Below, piece after piece: positions 34,268 to 45,300 of a stretch of 64,000 bases of DNA. The stretch is taken from sequence record PZ212788.1; one strand, given 5' to 3'. The position numbers and the translations under genes were made by a program. Numbering within the stretch: position 1 is the stretch's first letter; each line of letters opens with the position of its first letter. Origin of the DNA: a phage. The notes beneath the pieces were generated by a model. The model worked only from the letters and a program-made list of their open reading frames with translations, did no database searches and was not told the origin of the DNA.

Positions 34268-36865
34268 ATGCGTATTCAACATAACATTGATAACGTATTT
34301 CAGATGATTGAGGGGCACAGGAAGTGCCTCGATAACAACACAGGTATTACCAACACCTCTACACAAAATAAGCTAGTAAACCCTGATGGTCTTATAGCTG
34401 CAGGGTGGGCAGGTAATAAGATAAATAATGATTGGGCAATGCATGAGTCCCAAGCTGTGTTGATTCTGGGATACATTGAAGCATACAGGGCATCGAAAAG
34501 CGATTTCTATCTGGATAGGGCAAAAGATGCTTGGGAAGCTTACAATAGCCATCTTCTGGGTGCATATGCAGTAGAAAGTAAAATGCAAAGATTGTCCCAC
34601 TACCCTCTATCCACAGATGGGGTTCCATCACATGGTGGGTTTAAAGATGTGGTGGTGTCTTTTACCAACGGTAGAGGAAAAATCCCAGCTGGATCTCCGA
34701 CATGGGGGGAATACCTTGACAAGGCATTCCAAGCGTATAACGGTGTGTTAGGAAGAAACACTGTAGACTCTGATGTTTACGGTGGCACAGATGCTAACCC
34801 AGATTGGACAACATCCGGATTAAGTTGGTGGGTTGAGTGGTACATAGCATGGGATGGTAACCGCTATTGGGCTAACGGTAGCATAGCCGACAGTGGTCAT
34901 ACGTCTGTAGAGTTCGGCACAATCCAATTACAAGATAAGGGTGTTACAGGCAGCCACAAGGTGACCTATTGTGTAAGATTACCTCAAGAGCAGGGCGGAT
35001 CGGTGATACCTGCAGGATCCCCTGTAATTGTAAATCCTATAAACGTGGTTGCAGATAATCAGGCCCCAGAGTTGGACGGGGAAGAAATGTGGTGTGACGC
35101 TTGTTATCAACTCTACACCTTGACAGGTGAGGAAAAGTATTACACCGCGTTTAAACAGTCTTACAACAAATTGCTTAATTTCAGTGATATAAACGCCTAC
35201 GACAAACTGTTTAGGAAGACCACGTTGATTAAGGCACCGTTTACAGATGGTACTTGCCTTGTTGCAGGAACAGTTCCTGCCATGAGCAGGGACAGTGACG
35301 GGTATATCAATTTTAGAATGAACGCACGCCAGCCTTGCGAAATAATTCAAAAAGGGACTACATACAAAATAGGCAGAGATGCTGAAATTGTTATGAATTT
35401 CGGAGGAGAAGGGGTTCTGTTCCAGCCACATTTCATCCTTAATGATGGCAACAATAACAAAAAACAGTACAGGATAGGGGTTCCTTTTGGAGGGGCAGAG
35501 GTAACAGAAATAGTTGCCAAGGTTACTGATTTCGTAGAGGTAGTTGGTAAAGACGGTAATCCGTATCTCTTACCTAAAGAGGAAAACATTGTCGTAAGCG
35601 GTGGCGCTAGTGTTAGTATGCAGTATGATACCGACATTTACAACCACTCTGACAACTTCACCCGTTGTAATATAGCAAGAGGTAAAGTAACTTTCAATTT
35701 TGGGAGAGAGATTTCTTTAAACTCAGTAACTTATCGATCAGATGATGAGATGGTAAGGGTCAAATTTCTTGACAAAGATAGGTGGTTATGGTATGCTGAT
35801 CTATATGCCACTAATGGACAATGGATAACAGAAACTCTTACTCTAGGAGATTTCAAACTAGATCCGACACAACCTCATCACACCGAAGAAGAGATTAAAC
35901 CTTTCTTTGCTAATCCTAAGGGGCTCACCTCTGTAGATTTCAGCCTAAGCGACAGGCAGATAGGTAATGGCTTGTTTGATCTGTACTGCGTAAACACGCT
36001 GCCGCAGTTCTATATTGCAGATAGGGATGCTTATCTGATCTGGTTTAGCGTATGGATGGCAAGCAAGACAGAATCAACCGCTAAGGTTGGTGATTGCTAT
36101 GTCAGAAACTACAAGCAAGGTGCATACAGGCACACACCAGGTGTGTTCCCTGCCGGAAAGGTGATAGATAAGGAAAACTATCTCTTAGAGGAAAGGCCAA
36201 ATTGGCCCTACCCTGGCATGCAATACCCAGCAGTCTACTGCATGGGTGCAGAAAACATAGATCGCCATAGATTGTCAAATACAATAGGCTTTCTGTATGA
36301 CTCTCAAGTCTGGTATAATAATACGTTTAAGACAGAGGGTCCAGTTGCCTCACGTTATGTATGGCAGAGAGGCAATGAAGGGTTGACTGGTTGGTGGGAG
36401 ATGGTAGATAACTCTAAGCTCCAGTCAAGATCTTTTGTTGCTGCGTGCCGCACAATATATGAGCTCAAGAAACATAAAGAACCTGTTGATGAAAGACTAT
36501 TCCTGTTCTGCCAGAAATGGGCATGGTTCCTCAACAGATTCCAGTCATCTCATTCAGGAAATCTGCCTACAGACTTTAACACCTCTGGGGGATATTCTTA
36601 TCAGGACAGAGGAGACAGGATGTGGGTGGTAGGTGAATGGCTTGCAGGTTGCTGCTGGCTAGGTCTGTGCGGGTATTCAGAGACAATACCTCAAATAGAT
36701 ATTGTTGTGGAAGCCTGTGTGAAGCTACTGCAAAAGCACCACTTCATTAATGGGGATAATATTTTAAACGGCTGCTGGGCAGTTTCTGATCCGGTAGGCT
36801 ATCACTCTGGCGAAATCCTTCGCGGTCTGGGCCTTTATGCTCAATACCGTGGATTGTACCTTTAA
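34268..36865 (+). CDS. large tail/baseplate structural protein (hypothetical)
   Basis: 865-aa Trp/Tyr-rich ORF in tail module. Confidence 0.4.
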   Translation: MRIQHNIDNVFQMIEGHRKCLDNNTGITNTSTQNKLVNPDGLIAAGWAGNKINNDWAMHESQAVLILGYIEAYRASKSDFYLDRAKDAWEAYNSHLLGAYAVESKMQRLSHYPLSTDGVPSHGGFKDVVVSFTNGRGKIPAGSPTWGEYLDKAFQAYNGVLGRNTVDSDVYGGTDANPDWTTSGLSWWVEWYIAWDGNRYWANGSIADSGHTSVEFGTIQLQDKGVTGSHKVTYCVRLPQEQGGSVIPAGSPVIVNPINVVADNQAPELDGEEMWCDACYQLYTLTGEEKYYTAFKQSYNKLLNFSDINAYDKLFRKTTLIKAPFTDGTCLVAGTVPAMSRDSDGYINFRMNARQPCEIIQKGTTYKIGRDAEIVMNFGGEGVLFQPHFILNDGNNNKKQYRIGVPFGGAEVTEIVAKVTDFVEVVGKDGNPYLLPKEENIVVSGGASVSMQYDTDIYNHSDNFTRCNIARGKVTFNFGREISLNSVTYRSDDEMVRVKFLDKDRWLWYADLYATNGQWITETLTLGDFKLDPTQPHHTEEEIKPFFANPKGLTSVDFSLSDRQIGNGLFDLYCVNTLPQFYIADRDAYLIWFSVWMASKTESTAKVGDCYVRNYKQGAYRHTPGVFPAGKVIDKENYLLEERPNWPYPGMQYPAVYCMGAENIDRHRLSNTIGFLYDSQVWYNNTFKTEGPVASRYVWQRGNEGLTGWWEMVDNSKLQSRSFVAACRTIYELKKHKEPVDERLFLFCQKWAWFLNRFQSSHSGNLPTDFNTSGGYSYQDRGDRMWVVGEWLAGCCWLGLCGYSETIPQIDIVVEACVKLLQKHHFINGDNILNGCWAVSDPVGYHSGEILRGLGLYAQYRGLYL

Positions 36866-36900
36866 CATAGGGGGCTGTTTGCCCCCTTTCAGGAGAAAGA

Positions 36901-39900
36901 ATGGCTGATATTAAAGTTGTCAGAATTGAATCTCTTCCTGCCACTACCGCAGTGACAGAGGATGATTACCTGGTTGTTCAACAACCAGACCTGACTCGTC
37001 GTGTAAAAATTGGCGATGTTGTCCATGTGGATGGGACTGTTTCTCATGTAATCTCCTTTAAGGAAGGTGGTAAGTTAAACGGCCCAATGGATTTTGCCTA
37101 CTTCGAAGAGGAAGACCTCTACCTGCGTTGGAAAGGCGAATTTCCACACACTGTTCCTGCACTGTCTTCACCGTACTCCGATGGTGGGATTACTGACGCT
37201 GCATGGATGGTATATACAGATCCGTCCTTAAGGGAGGAGCTGGAATCTACTATTGGCGCATCTATGATCATGACAGCCGAAGGGCAGTCTGTCCAGGATG
37301 TGATGGATGTTACGGTTCAGACAGCTAACGATGCTAAAGCACTTGCACAGCGGGTAGATTTTGGTACAGTACATACTGTAGGCGATGTTATTCACCTTGT
37401 CAACTTTGTGGGTCCTGCAGTTATTGAGGAGGGAAGAACCACCAACTACCCTTCCGTAGCAGCTGGTGAAAGATTTCTGAACGGTGTGGTATCTCGTCGT
37501 GATACTACAACTGTTGATGGTATTTTCCGTGGCGCTACCACCGGAGCCATGTACACCATTGCAGTAACCAACGGTGTAGCAACAACGAAAAGAATAGCAC
37601 TTCGTGATGAATTTAAACGCCTAGAGGCAAACAACCCAACAAGAACAGTTATCCGTGCTGGAGATGATTTAAATACGGCAGGGTACTTGCAGCTTGATGC
37701 AACAGGCCGTTGGGGTATGTGGAACCAACAAACAGCTTCGTGGCAACCTCTTGCTATAGAGCAAGGCGGCACAGGGGCTAGAGATGCCGCTGGAGTCCGT
37801 ATCAATATCGGTGCTTTCTATAAGCAACGTGCAGCCCTTGAGCCAAATTTCAATATCAATAACTTGACTGGTAATCAGGATGGTGTATACTATCAGCCAA
37901 TGACTGCTTATGCAACTGAGGCGAATGGTTACCCTGCAGGTTCTGGTGCGGGTCACTTGATTGTTTGGCAGAACAATGCTAACGGCGGTACAGGTTGTCG
38001 TCAGGAATACTATCCATTCTCTAACGTAGATGTTTGGTATTTGAGAACCTATCAGGCCAACACAAATCAGTGGACTGCATGGCAGCCGATGGTCAGACCT
38101 CGTAACGATGATACCTTCAGATCTCATATTGGCCTTGGTAAAAACAACTCGCCAGCCTTCGGGCACCTTTACTTAGCTCAATACTCGGGAGATGTTAAAT
38201 CGGCCTCAGGTATTCTCCATGGAGATAAATATAATACTGACGGTGTCCTTGAGCATGGATATAGGATCTATTCTGAGGTAAGAAACGACAATAAGGCTTG
38301 GTTGACAATCCACCTGCACAAAGGCGCAAAAGGATCTGAAACTCATAGATATTTAGGCTTCCGTGAGGATGGGGTCTTAGATTGTCCTAAATATATGCAG
38401 GTTGGTGATCTGAACGGTCAGATGGCAAACTGGGGACTTGGAGAATGGATCCGCAGTTCAGGAGCAGAAAGAGGTTTCTGGGGATCTAAGAAAGCCGCCA
38501 AGATGGTCATCTGGGATGGCGGTATGGACGAGCAAGGTGAAGGAACGCTTGAGTGGGGTGTTTATAACAACCGGAAAGCCAAATGGGAACCACTACCGAT
38601 AGCTTGTGGTGGTACCAGTGCCAGGACTGTAGGGGATGCTCAAGCACAATTCAGAATCCCTCTGGCAGCAGGTGCTAGACCATATGTAAACCTGCCTAGA
38701 ACTGCAGCTATGCAGGACGGTAAGTATTATCCTATTATCGTCAGAACTGACCCCAACTTTGCAGCAACTATCGGGACAGATTTAACCATTGTCACCAGAT
38801 CTTCTTCTGGCGGCGACCCAATGAACTGTGCTACACTACAGTGTCACTACAGAACTGGTGGCTGGACAGACAGAGGTGATTCTTTCCAAGGGGTTATTAA
38901 TTTCTACCAAAACGAGAAAGCAATCCTCGGATGTGTATCTCCAACCAGAGGTAAGCAGGAGTATGTTGCATTCTATGTAGAGGCACGTGCATTCCCTGTT
39001 ACAGTATATGCTGGCGCTACTGTAATAGAAGTGTCAACCAGGGAGGCTGATTGGCAGGTAGGCAACGTGACAGGTAACCAAGATGGTGTCAAGTTCTGTG
39101 CTCCTCTGGAATCTGCAGATTTGAGTCTTGCAATCAAAGGTGATGATGTAACAAACACCAGACCTCTGGTTGAGTTCAAAGGAACATCAGGTTTCTACAC
39201 TGGTGGTGGAACTATGTGGCACTACCTGGGGACTCCTGAACGCTATGCAGTGATGAGCAAAATGAACATGCCTAAAGTCGAGCTTTGGGCAGACGGTATT
39301 GACTACATTTGTCCTGGTAGTCAGACCACTAGAAAAGCACTGTTCTCTAACGCAGGGTTCCAAGCTGCATCGGAAGGAACAGAGGATCTGATCAACAACA
39401 CCTTTACCTCTAAATGTGGTAATGGTGCAAGACTGCAAGGCCAGGCAGAGTTCAGATCTACTCCGGAAGCTGGTCAAGTTATCGTTCGCGATGTTGTAGG
39501 TACAGCTCATAAGTTCTACAATTTCAACAAAGACGGCACATTTTTCCCTCCTGGAGGCTATGTTTGCCAGACAGGTGCTGACTGGAACAATCAGTTTGGT
39601 AATACAAACCCCTCCAAGATAATGGCTGGCAATGTCAACGGGCCGGAAGGTTCGATGGTTGTTGGTGGACTGTCTGTGGCGTTTTCTGGAAACTATGCTT
39701 TCCAAATGGCTGGTCGCCTTGATCAGTTATACACTAGGTCTATCGAAGGTGGTAACCATAGGGCATGGAACAAGGTTATTCAGCACCGTGGTCAAGGTCT
39801 GGGGACAGAAGACCTTAATGCCTACGATGGTAGCCGTGAAGGTTTCTATCACCAGGGTTCAAACGCTGACGCACTTGTAACAGATCGTCACTACCCTGCT

Positions 39901-40713
39901 CCGTACGCTGGTACACTGCTTGTTTACAAAAACACAGCTAACAGACCTCAAGGTTGTGTGCAGGAATATATCACCTATTTTGGTGACAGATATACTCGTG
40001 CTGGTAACTACGTTGGCGATGTCTTTACTTGGGAAGAATGGAGACACGATGCTGGTAAGGGCATCCAGTTAAGACCTAATTACACTTTTGGTGAAACCAG
40101 TAATCAACTGGAAATTCATATCGGTGCTAATGGTCTTCCCTCCAACGCAGATGGCTTACCTAAGGATGATGCTGTACTCCATTATTGGGGTAACGGCAGC
40201 ACAGGGGATCGTCCAAACGTGTTAGAGTTTAAGGTTCGTGACGAGTCTCAAGCAAATTGGGTATGGCATTGCGGTACCTTGCCGGATAAATCAAGATATC
40301 TTTCTGTAAACGGTGCTGTGAATTGCACATCTGTCAATCAGAGTTCTGACAGAGACCTGAAAGATAACATAGCTGTTATTCCTGATGCGTTAGAAGCTAT
40401 CCGGAAGATGAAGGGTTATACTTACACTCTTAAAGAGAACGGTATGCCTTATGCAGGTGTTATAGCACAAGAGGTGCTTGAAGCGCTGCCGGAAGCAGTT
40501 AGCTCTTTCGTGCAAAGAAAGGAAATCCCAAACCCTGATCAGGATGGAACTCCTTTAGTAACAGAGGAAAGATTCTACAGCGTGGATTACGCAGCCGTAA
40601 CAGGCTTGCTTGTCCAGGTTTGCAGGGAACAGGACGATAAAATAACCGCCCTTGAGGAGCAGGTTAAAAAATTGACAGAGGTTGTTACTGGGTTGCAAGA
40701 GAAACTTAAGTAA
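36901..40713 (+). CDS. tail fibre protein with C-terminal intramolecular chaperone domain
   Basis: 1270 aa; C-terminus SDRDLKDNIAV...GVIAQEVLEALPEAV...EERFYSVDYAAVTGLL matches auto-cleaving chaperone domain of endosialidase/long tail fibres. Confidence 0.7.
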   Translation: MADIKVVRIESLPATTAVTEDDYLVVQQPDLTRRVKIGDVVHVDGTVSHVISFKEGGKLNGPMDFAYFEEEDLYLRWKGEFPHTVPALSSPYSDGGITDAAWMVYTDPSLREELESTIGASMIMTAEGQSVQDVMDVTVQTANDAKALAQRVDFGTVHTVGDVIHLVNFVGPAVIEEGRTTNYPSVAAGERFLNGVVSRRDTTTVDGIFRGATTGAMYTIAVTNGVATTKRIALRDEFKRLEANNPTRTVIRAGDDLNTAGYLQLDATGRWGMWNQQTASWQPLAIEQGGTGARDAAGVRINIGAFYKQRAALEPNFNINNLTGNQDGVYYQPMTAYATEANGYPAGSGAGHLIVWQNNANGGTGCRQEYYPFSNVDVWYLRTYQANTNQWTAWQPMVRPRNDDTFRSHIGLGKNNSPAFGHLYLAQYSGDVKSASGILHGDKYNTDGVLEHGYRIYSEVRNDNKAWLTIHLHKGAKGSETHRYLGFREDGVLDCPKYMQVGDLNGQMANWGLGEWIRSSGAERGFWGSKKAAKMVIWDGGMDEQGEGTLEWGVYNNRKAKWEPLPIACGGTSARTVGDAQAQFRIPLAAGARPYVNLPRTAAMQDGKYYPIIVRTDPNFAATIGTDLTIVTRSSSGGDPMNCATLQCHYRTGGWTDRGDSFQGVINFYQNEKAILGCVSPTRGKQEYVAFYVEARAFPVTVYAGATVIEVSTREADWQVGNVTGNQDGVKFCAPLESADLSLAIKGDDVTNTRPLVEFKGTSGFYTGGGTMWHYLGTPERYAVMSKMNMPKVELWADGIDYICPGSQTTRKALFSNAGFQAASEGTEDLINNTFTSKCGNGARLQGQAEFRSTPEAGQVIVRDVVGTAHKFYNFNKDGTFFPPGGYVCQTGADWNNQFGNTNPSKIMAGNVNGPEGSMVVGGLSVAFSGNYAFQMAGRLDQLYTRSIEGGNHRAWNKVIQHRGQGLGTEDLNAYDGSREGFYHQGSNADALVTDRHYPAPYAGTLLVYKNTANRPQGCVQEYITYFGDRYTRAGNYVGDVFTWEEWRHDAGKGIQLRPNYTFGETSNQLEIHIGANGLPSNADGLPKDDAVLHYWGNGSTGDRPNVLEFKVRDESQANWVWHCGTLPDKSRYLSVNGAVNCTSVNQSSDRDLKDNIAVIPDALEAIRKMKGYTYTLKENGMPYAGVIAQEVLEALPEAVSSFVQRKEIPNPDQDGTPLVTEERFYSVDYAAVTGLLVQVCREQDDKITALEEQVKKLTEVVTGLQEKLK

Positions 40714-40720
40714 CTGTTTT

Positions 40721-40747
40721 GCCCTCGCTTCGGCGGGGGCTTTTTGT
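40721..40747 (+). terminator. rho-independent terminator
   Basis: GCCCTCGC-TTCG-GCGGGGGC hairpin followed by TTTTTG. Confidence 0.65.
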
Positions 40748-40752
40748 TTGTA

Positions 40753-40781
40753 TTGCGTATTAACTCAAAATCTGGTAAAAT
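40753..40781 (+). promoter_or_regulatory. candidate promoter TTGCGT-N17-TAAAAT (extended -10 TGg)
   Basis: TGGTAAAATAG motif. Confidence 0.4.
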
Positions 40782-40812
40782 AGCTATCATGATTGTTTAA
40801 CCTGGAGGCACA

Positions 40813-41403
40813 ATGTTTTTATGGGAAAGGCCTAGATACCTTCCAGATATTAGATTAGAGCTGCTGGCAGATATTGTTACGTTTAAAAGTCCGTTTACAG
40901 GTAAAACGCAAAAAGTAACCTATGCCACACCTAACTGGAAAGGCACTTTGACGGTCTCCAATATCAGCGAATCCCAGTTGCTAGAGCTTAAGAGCTTTGT
41001 TGATCAGGTGTATAAAGATGGGAACATCTTTCTCATTAAAACTTACGGTCACTCAGTAACAGCTAATGAGCCAATCGCCCTTGGGCCTACTGGTAACGAC
41101 GATTTTTTGAAGACGGTCGGGTGGGAGCCAAACAGAGACATAGCCAGAGCTGGAGATAAAATATCTGTCAATGATGAATTGAAAGTGGTAACAGCTCCAG
41201 TGCGTAGTGATGGTGTTGGGTCTGCTGTTATAGGCATATCTCCAAGACTTAGAAAACCTATTGCCGCAGGGGACACCATGAAGATAATAACTCAATCTCC
41301 GAAGGGTAGGTTTCATATCAGAGATATTTATAAAATTAAGCAAAAAGTCGATGCTATGCAAAAAGGTGATAATATAGTTATCAACTTCTTTGAGGATTTC
41401 TAA
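40813..41403 (+). CDS. baseplate/distal tail protein (hypothetical)
   Basis: 196-aa ORF with GGAGG RBS. Confidence 0.35.
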   Translation: MFLWERPRYLPDIRLELLADIVTFKSPFTGKTQKVTYATPNWKGTLTVSNISESQLLELKSFVDQVYKDGNIFLIKTYGHSVTANEPIALGPTGNDDFLKTVGWEPNRDIARAGDKISVNDELKVVTAPVRSDGVGSAVIGISPRLRKPIAAGDTMKIITQSPKGRFHIRDIYKIKQKVDAMQKGDNIVINFFEDF

Positions 41404-41404
41404 G

Positions 41405-41956
41405 ATGATCAGAGCGCCATTAGATAATTTATTTCTTGAAAAGCTGGAGCTTGATGGTGTTGAGATCTTAATTGCTGCAAAGCTGGAGCTACCGACAGGA
41501 ACTGTCAGGGTGTGCTCAGGCACTGGTGTTGTAGTAATTGAGGGGCAACATTTTATAGGGATAGGTGGATCAGCAACATTGACCGCTGTGTCTGAGAAAG
41601 ATGCCACCAACTTCGGATCTGTGGTAGCAACATTGAACGGGTTTGATCCTAAGTATGTAGGTGATCTGCTGAAGACGGAGTATTCTGGTTGTCGTGCCAC
41701 GTTGTACATTACCGCTATGGAGAATGGTTTGCCTGTTACAACTAATGGCTTGTTTGACGGACTTATAACAGATATGGCTATTCAGACAGGCGAGAATAGT
41801 GCTTTGTCCATATCCATCTCTTCCATCTTCAACAGCTGGTTAAGAGGTTTTCCTTATCGGTACACGGAGGAAAGCCACAGCTCAAGAAACGATAACGACA
41901 GATTTTTTAAATATGTGGATCAGGTGGCGAGCCGCCCGATCATTTGGGAGGTTTAA
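41405..41956 (+). CDS. baseplate/tail-tip protein (hypothetical)
   Basis: GAGGA RBS before ATG 41405. Confidence 0.35.
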   Translation: MIRAPLDNLFLEKLELDGVEILIAAKLELPTGTVRVCSGTGVVVIEGQHFIGIGGSATLTAVSEKDATNFGSVVATLNGFDPKYVGDLLKTEYSGCRATLYITAMENGLPVTTNGLFDGLITDMAIQTGENSALSISISSIFNSWLRGFPYRYTEESHSSRNDNDRFFKYVDQVASRPIIWEV

Positions 41957-42381
41957 TGAGCACACACCCTCGTTTAGTGGATTGGCAAGAAAGATTGTGG
42001 AAAGTGTTTGACGAAGAGGCCACCATACCTTTTGAATGGGGATTCCACGATTGTTGCACCTTTGCAGCTAAGTGTGTTGATGCCCAATACGGAACAGATT
42101 TTCTTTCTAACTTTGAAGGAACGTATAAAACAGAGTTGGAAAGCAAGAGATGGTGCATGCTTCATTTCAAAACCACACATCTGCCCACTATTTTTGATTT
42201 CTTTATGACTCGACTGGACACTCCTAAACAGGTTCAGCGTGGTGATATTGTTATTTTCGAAGGCCTGAACGGGCTCACCGCTGGTGTGTTCTGGAACAAC
42301 CAGATTTGGGCGAAAGGGGATAAAGGGGTCTTTATGTTCGACATGAAAGATTCTATCGTTGTTGATGTCTGGAGGTATTAA
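41956..42381 (+). CDS. tail-associated protein with cysteine-peptidase-like motif (putative cell-wall hydrolase)
   Basis: FHDCCTF and GDIVIFEG segments resemble NlpC/P60/CHAP-type motifs; weak. Confidence 0.3.
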   Translation: MSTHPRLVDWQERLWKVFDEEATIPFEWGFHDCCTFAAKCVDAQYGTDFLSNFEGTYKTELESKRWCMLHFKTTHLPTIFDFFMTRLDTPKQVQRGDIVIFEGLNGLTAGVFWNNQIWAKGDKGVFMFDMKDSIVVDVWRY

Positions 42382-45300
42382 TGCCAATTGCAATGATTGA
42401 TAACATCGTTGCTTCTGCAAGATCTTCAAGTTATGACTGGAACGCATCCAAGGCAGCTCTGGCTGACAGCCTGAACACTGTTACCACCAGAACTCTGGAT
42501 AAGATTTTTGAGGGCAACAAATCTTACAGAAGTCAGCAAGATAGACAAAAGCTTCTCAGATCTTCTGCTGCACCTTGCTCTGTAGTGTATGGGAAGACAC
42601 GCACATCTGGATTACTTGCGTTTTTGGAGCAGGACAGGGACAGGACCCTCCATTGTGCTATTGTTCTTGCCAATCATCCCCTGGAAGGTATAGAAGATAT
42701 ACTCATCGACGGTAATCCTATTTCCTCGTATGGAGATTTGATATCGTGGGAGCTACATAACGACAGAAAAACATCTGATCCTTTCATGGGTACACACTGC
42801 CCGTCGTGGTCACCAGACATGATAGGTAGAGGGATCAGTTGGCTACGTGCCAGCTTCAGGTTTGACCCTAACAAGTTCCCTTTTGGGTTGCCAAACGTTA
42901 CACTCGTCAAGGTTGGTAAAAAATGCTATGATCCTCGTATCAGTAAAGAGGTGTATACCAATAACGCGGCCTTGGTGATTCTAGACTATTTAAGAACGTA
43001 CCTTAAATGTCCTGACGAAACCATCAACTGGGAGTCCTTCAAGGAGGCTGCTAACATATGCGATGAGGCGGTAAGAAACGCGGACGGAACTAGTGAGCGC
43101 CGTTACACCATTAATGGTGAGTTCGATATGGATGAGGCCCCAGCAAGTATTATGGCAGAAATGCTGAAAGCTTGTGGTGCAGATCTCAGCTATGTAGCTG
43201 GTAAGTATGGACTGCTGGTAGGTGCATATTATGGTCCGGCAACAATGACACTGAGTGAGGACTGTGTCTGTGGTGAGGTTAAGATCTATCCGGAAGCCTC
43301 GTTTGACAAAAGATCCAACACAATAACTGGCAGATTCACCAGTCCGACTAAAGGGTATTCTGAAACAGATTTTCCATCAGTATTTGTCCCAGAGTGGATA
43401 GAGAAGGATGGAGAAAGAAAGATAATCGATATAGACTACCGCTTTGTTACCAGTCCTTACCAAGCTCAGCGTGTTTCTGCAATCTTCTTAAGACGTGCTA
43501 GAGCTGGCAGGATTATTGAAGTCACCTGCAATATGCGAGGTTTTAAATTTAAGCCTGGTAGTTACGTTACAATGGACCTTCCAAGTATTGGTATAGTGGG
43601 CCAAGAAATGAGGGTTCTTGAGTGGGAGTTCACTAAAAAGGGTGGTGTTAAGGTAAAACTTCGCCAAGATGCTAAAGAGTGGAATGATGCCACAGGGCAA
43701 CTTCCTGATTCCGGCGATGTAGATATTCCGATATCCCCGTCCGGTGTAGCTCAACCGCAAAACTTCAGATACTCCGTTCTCCAAGCTGGGGAAGTAACTC
43801 ACGGTGTTTTGGCTTGGGACAACGTTGGAACTTACGCTCAAAATATTGTGCAGGTAAGAAAGAACGGAGAGATTGTTTGGACAGCACAGACAGTTGAGCA
43901 GTTTGTCCGAGTAGAAGGCTTGACCAAAGGGTCATACACAGCAACCGTGGTTGCAACATCTTATAAAGGTGGTGTATCTCCAGAAGCCTACTGCGAGTTC
44001 AACATTCAAGCACCTGAAGCTCCTGTTTCTGTAGAAGTTAAGCAGGGATACTTTGCTATCACCTTGATTCCGCATAGTAGGGATTTAGCAAGTGTTAGCA
44101 CCCAGTATGACTTTTGGACATCCGGTATGACAAGGTTGCCAGACACCAGTGATGCAACCGTTACTTCAAAAGCCACCCGTATGGGTGTTGGTTCAACTTG
44201 GACATCTGAAGGTCTGCAGAACGATAAGATTTATTATTGGTATATTAGAACCACAAACGCTTTTGGTAGTTCTCAGTTTGTAGAATGCGCTGCACGCTGC
44301 TACACCTCTATTGAGGATTTGATGCCTCAGATAGATGCTGAATTCAAAAAGACAGAAACTTATAAAGAGTTGATGAGTACTTTGGATTCCTCTATTGAAG
44401 AGGTTGAAAATCGTGTCACAGAACTTAACAGGTACATGGATGGTAGGGTAGATGAAGCGTTCCAGCAACTTGGGGACAGAATAGGTGCGGTAGTTACAGA
44501 AACAACTCAGAAGTTTGAAGATGTCAATGGTAACATTACAGCGCTGGATAGGAAACTTGTTGCTGCACAGAACAAATTCACCAACGATCTGAACACTGAA
44601 AGTGGCAGACTGGCATCTCTGATCGAGACAACCAATAAAGCAACTACTGATCTTCTGAACAAAAAGACAGAGGCTTTAGATGAGAAATTGGTTGCCGCCA
44701 AAGGTGAGCTGGTAGAGCAGATAGAGGGAGTTGAGAGCGGGTATTTAGCCGGAGATAAAACTCTGGATGGTAAGATCAATACTCAGAGAACAGAACTTGA
44801 CGCAAGCATCTTGAGCACTAACCAGGCAACTGTGGATCTTTTGAACAGGACATCTGAAACTCTGGATCAAAAGATCAGTCAGACAAACGCGACGGTATCT
44901 AAAAACTATACCACCCTGGATGGCAAGATAACCACCGCAAAAACTGACCTCAACACCTTGATTGCCAATACCAACAAGGCCACCACTGACTTGTTGAATC
45001 AGAAAACATCTGCACTGTCAGAGCAGATAACTTCTGCACGTGGGGAGATTTCTACCAACAAGCAGGCGATTGATGCTTTGGATGGAAAACTGACTTCCAC
45101 AAAAACAGCGCTGGATGCTACAATTTCCGATACCAACAAAGCTACTGTGGACCTTATCAACGGCACAGCGTCAGCTATTCGTCAAGAACTTGCTGTTGCT
45201 AAGCAGGAGATCATTGATGATGTTGGGGATGTGTCCGAAATCAGGGCTGCAGTAGCTACAACATCTAAGGCTGTAACCGACTTAGAGGGTAAAGTAAATG

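Noticed and set aside
37446-38166. Antisense ORFs (119 and 165 aa) within the long tail fibre gene
   Set aside because: Embedded in a continuous 1270-aa ORF with a recognisable C-terminal domain; no start signals.
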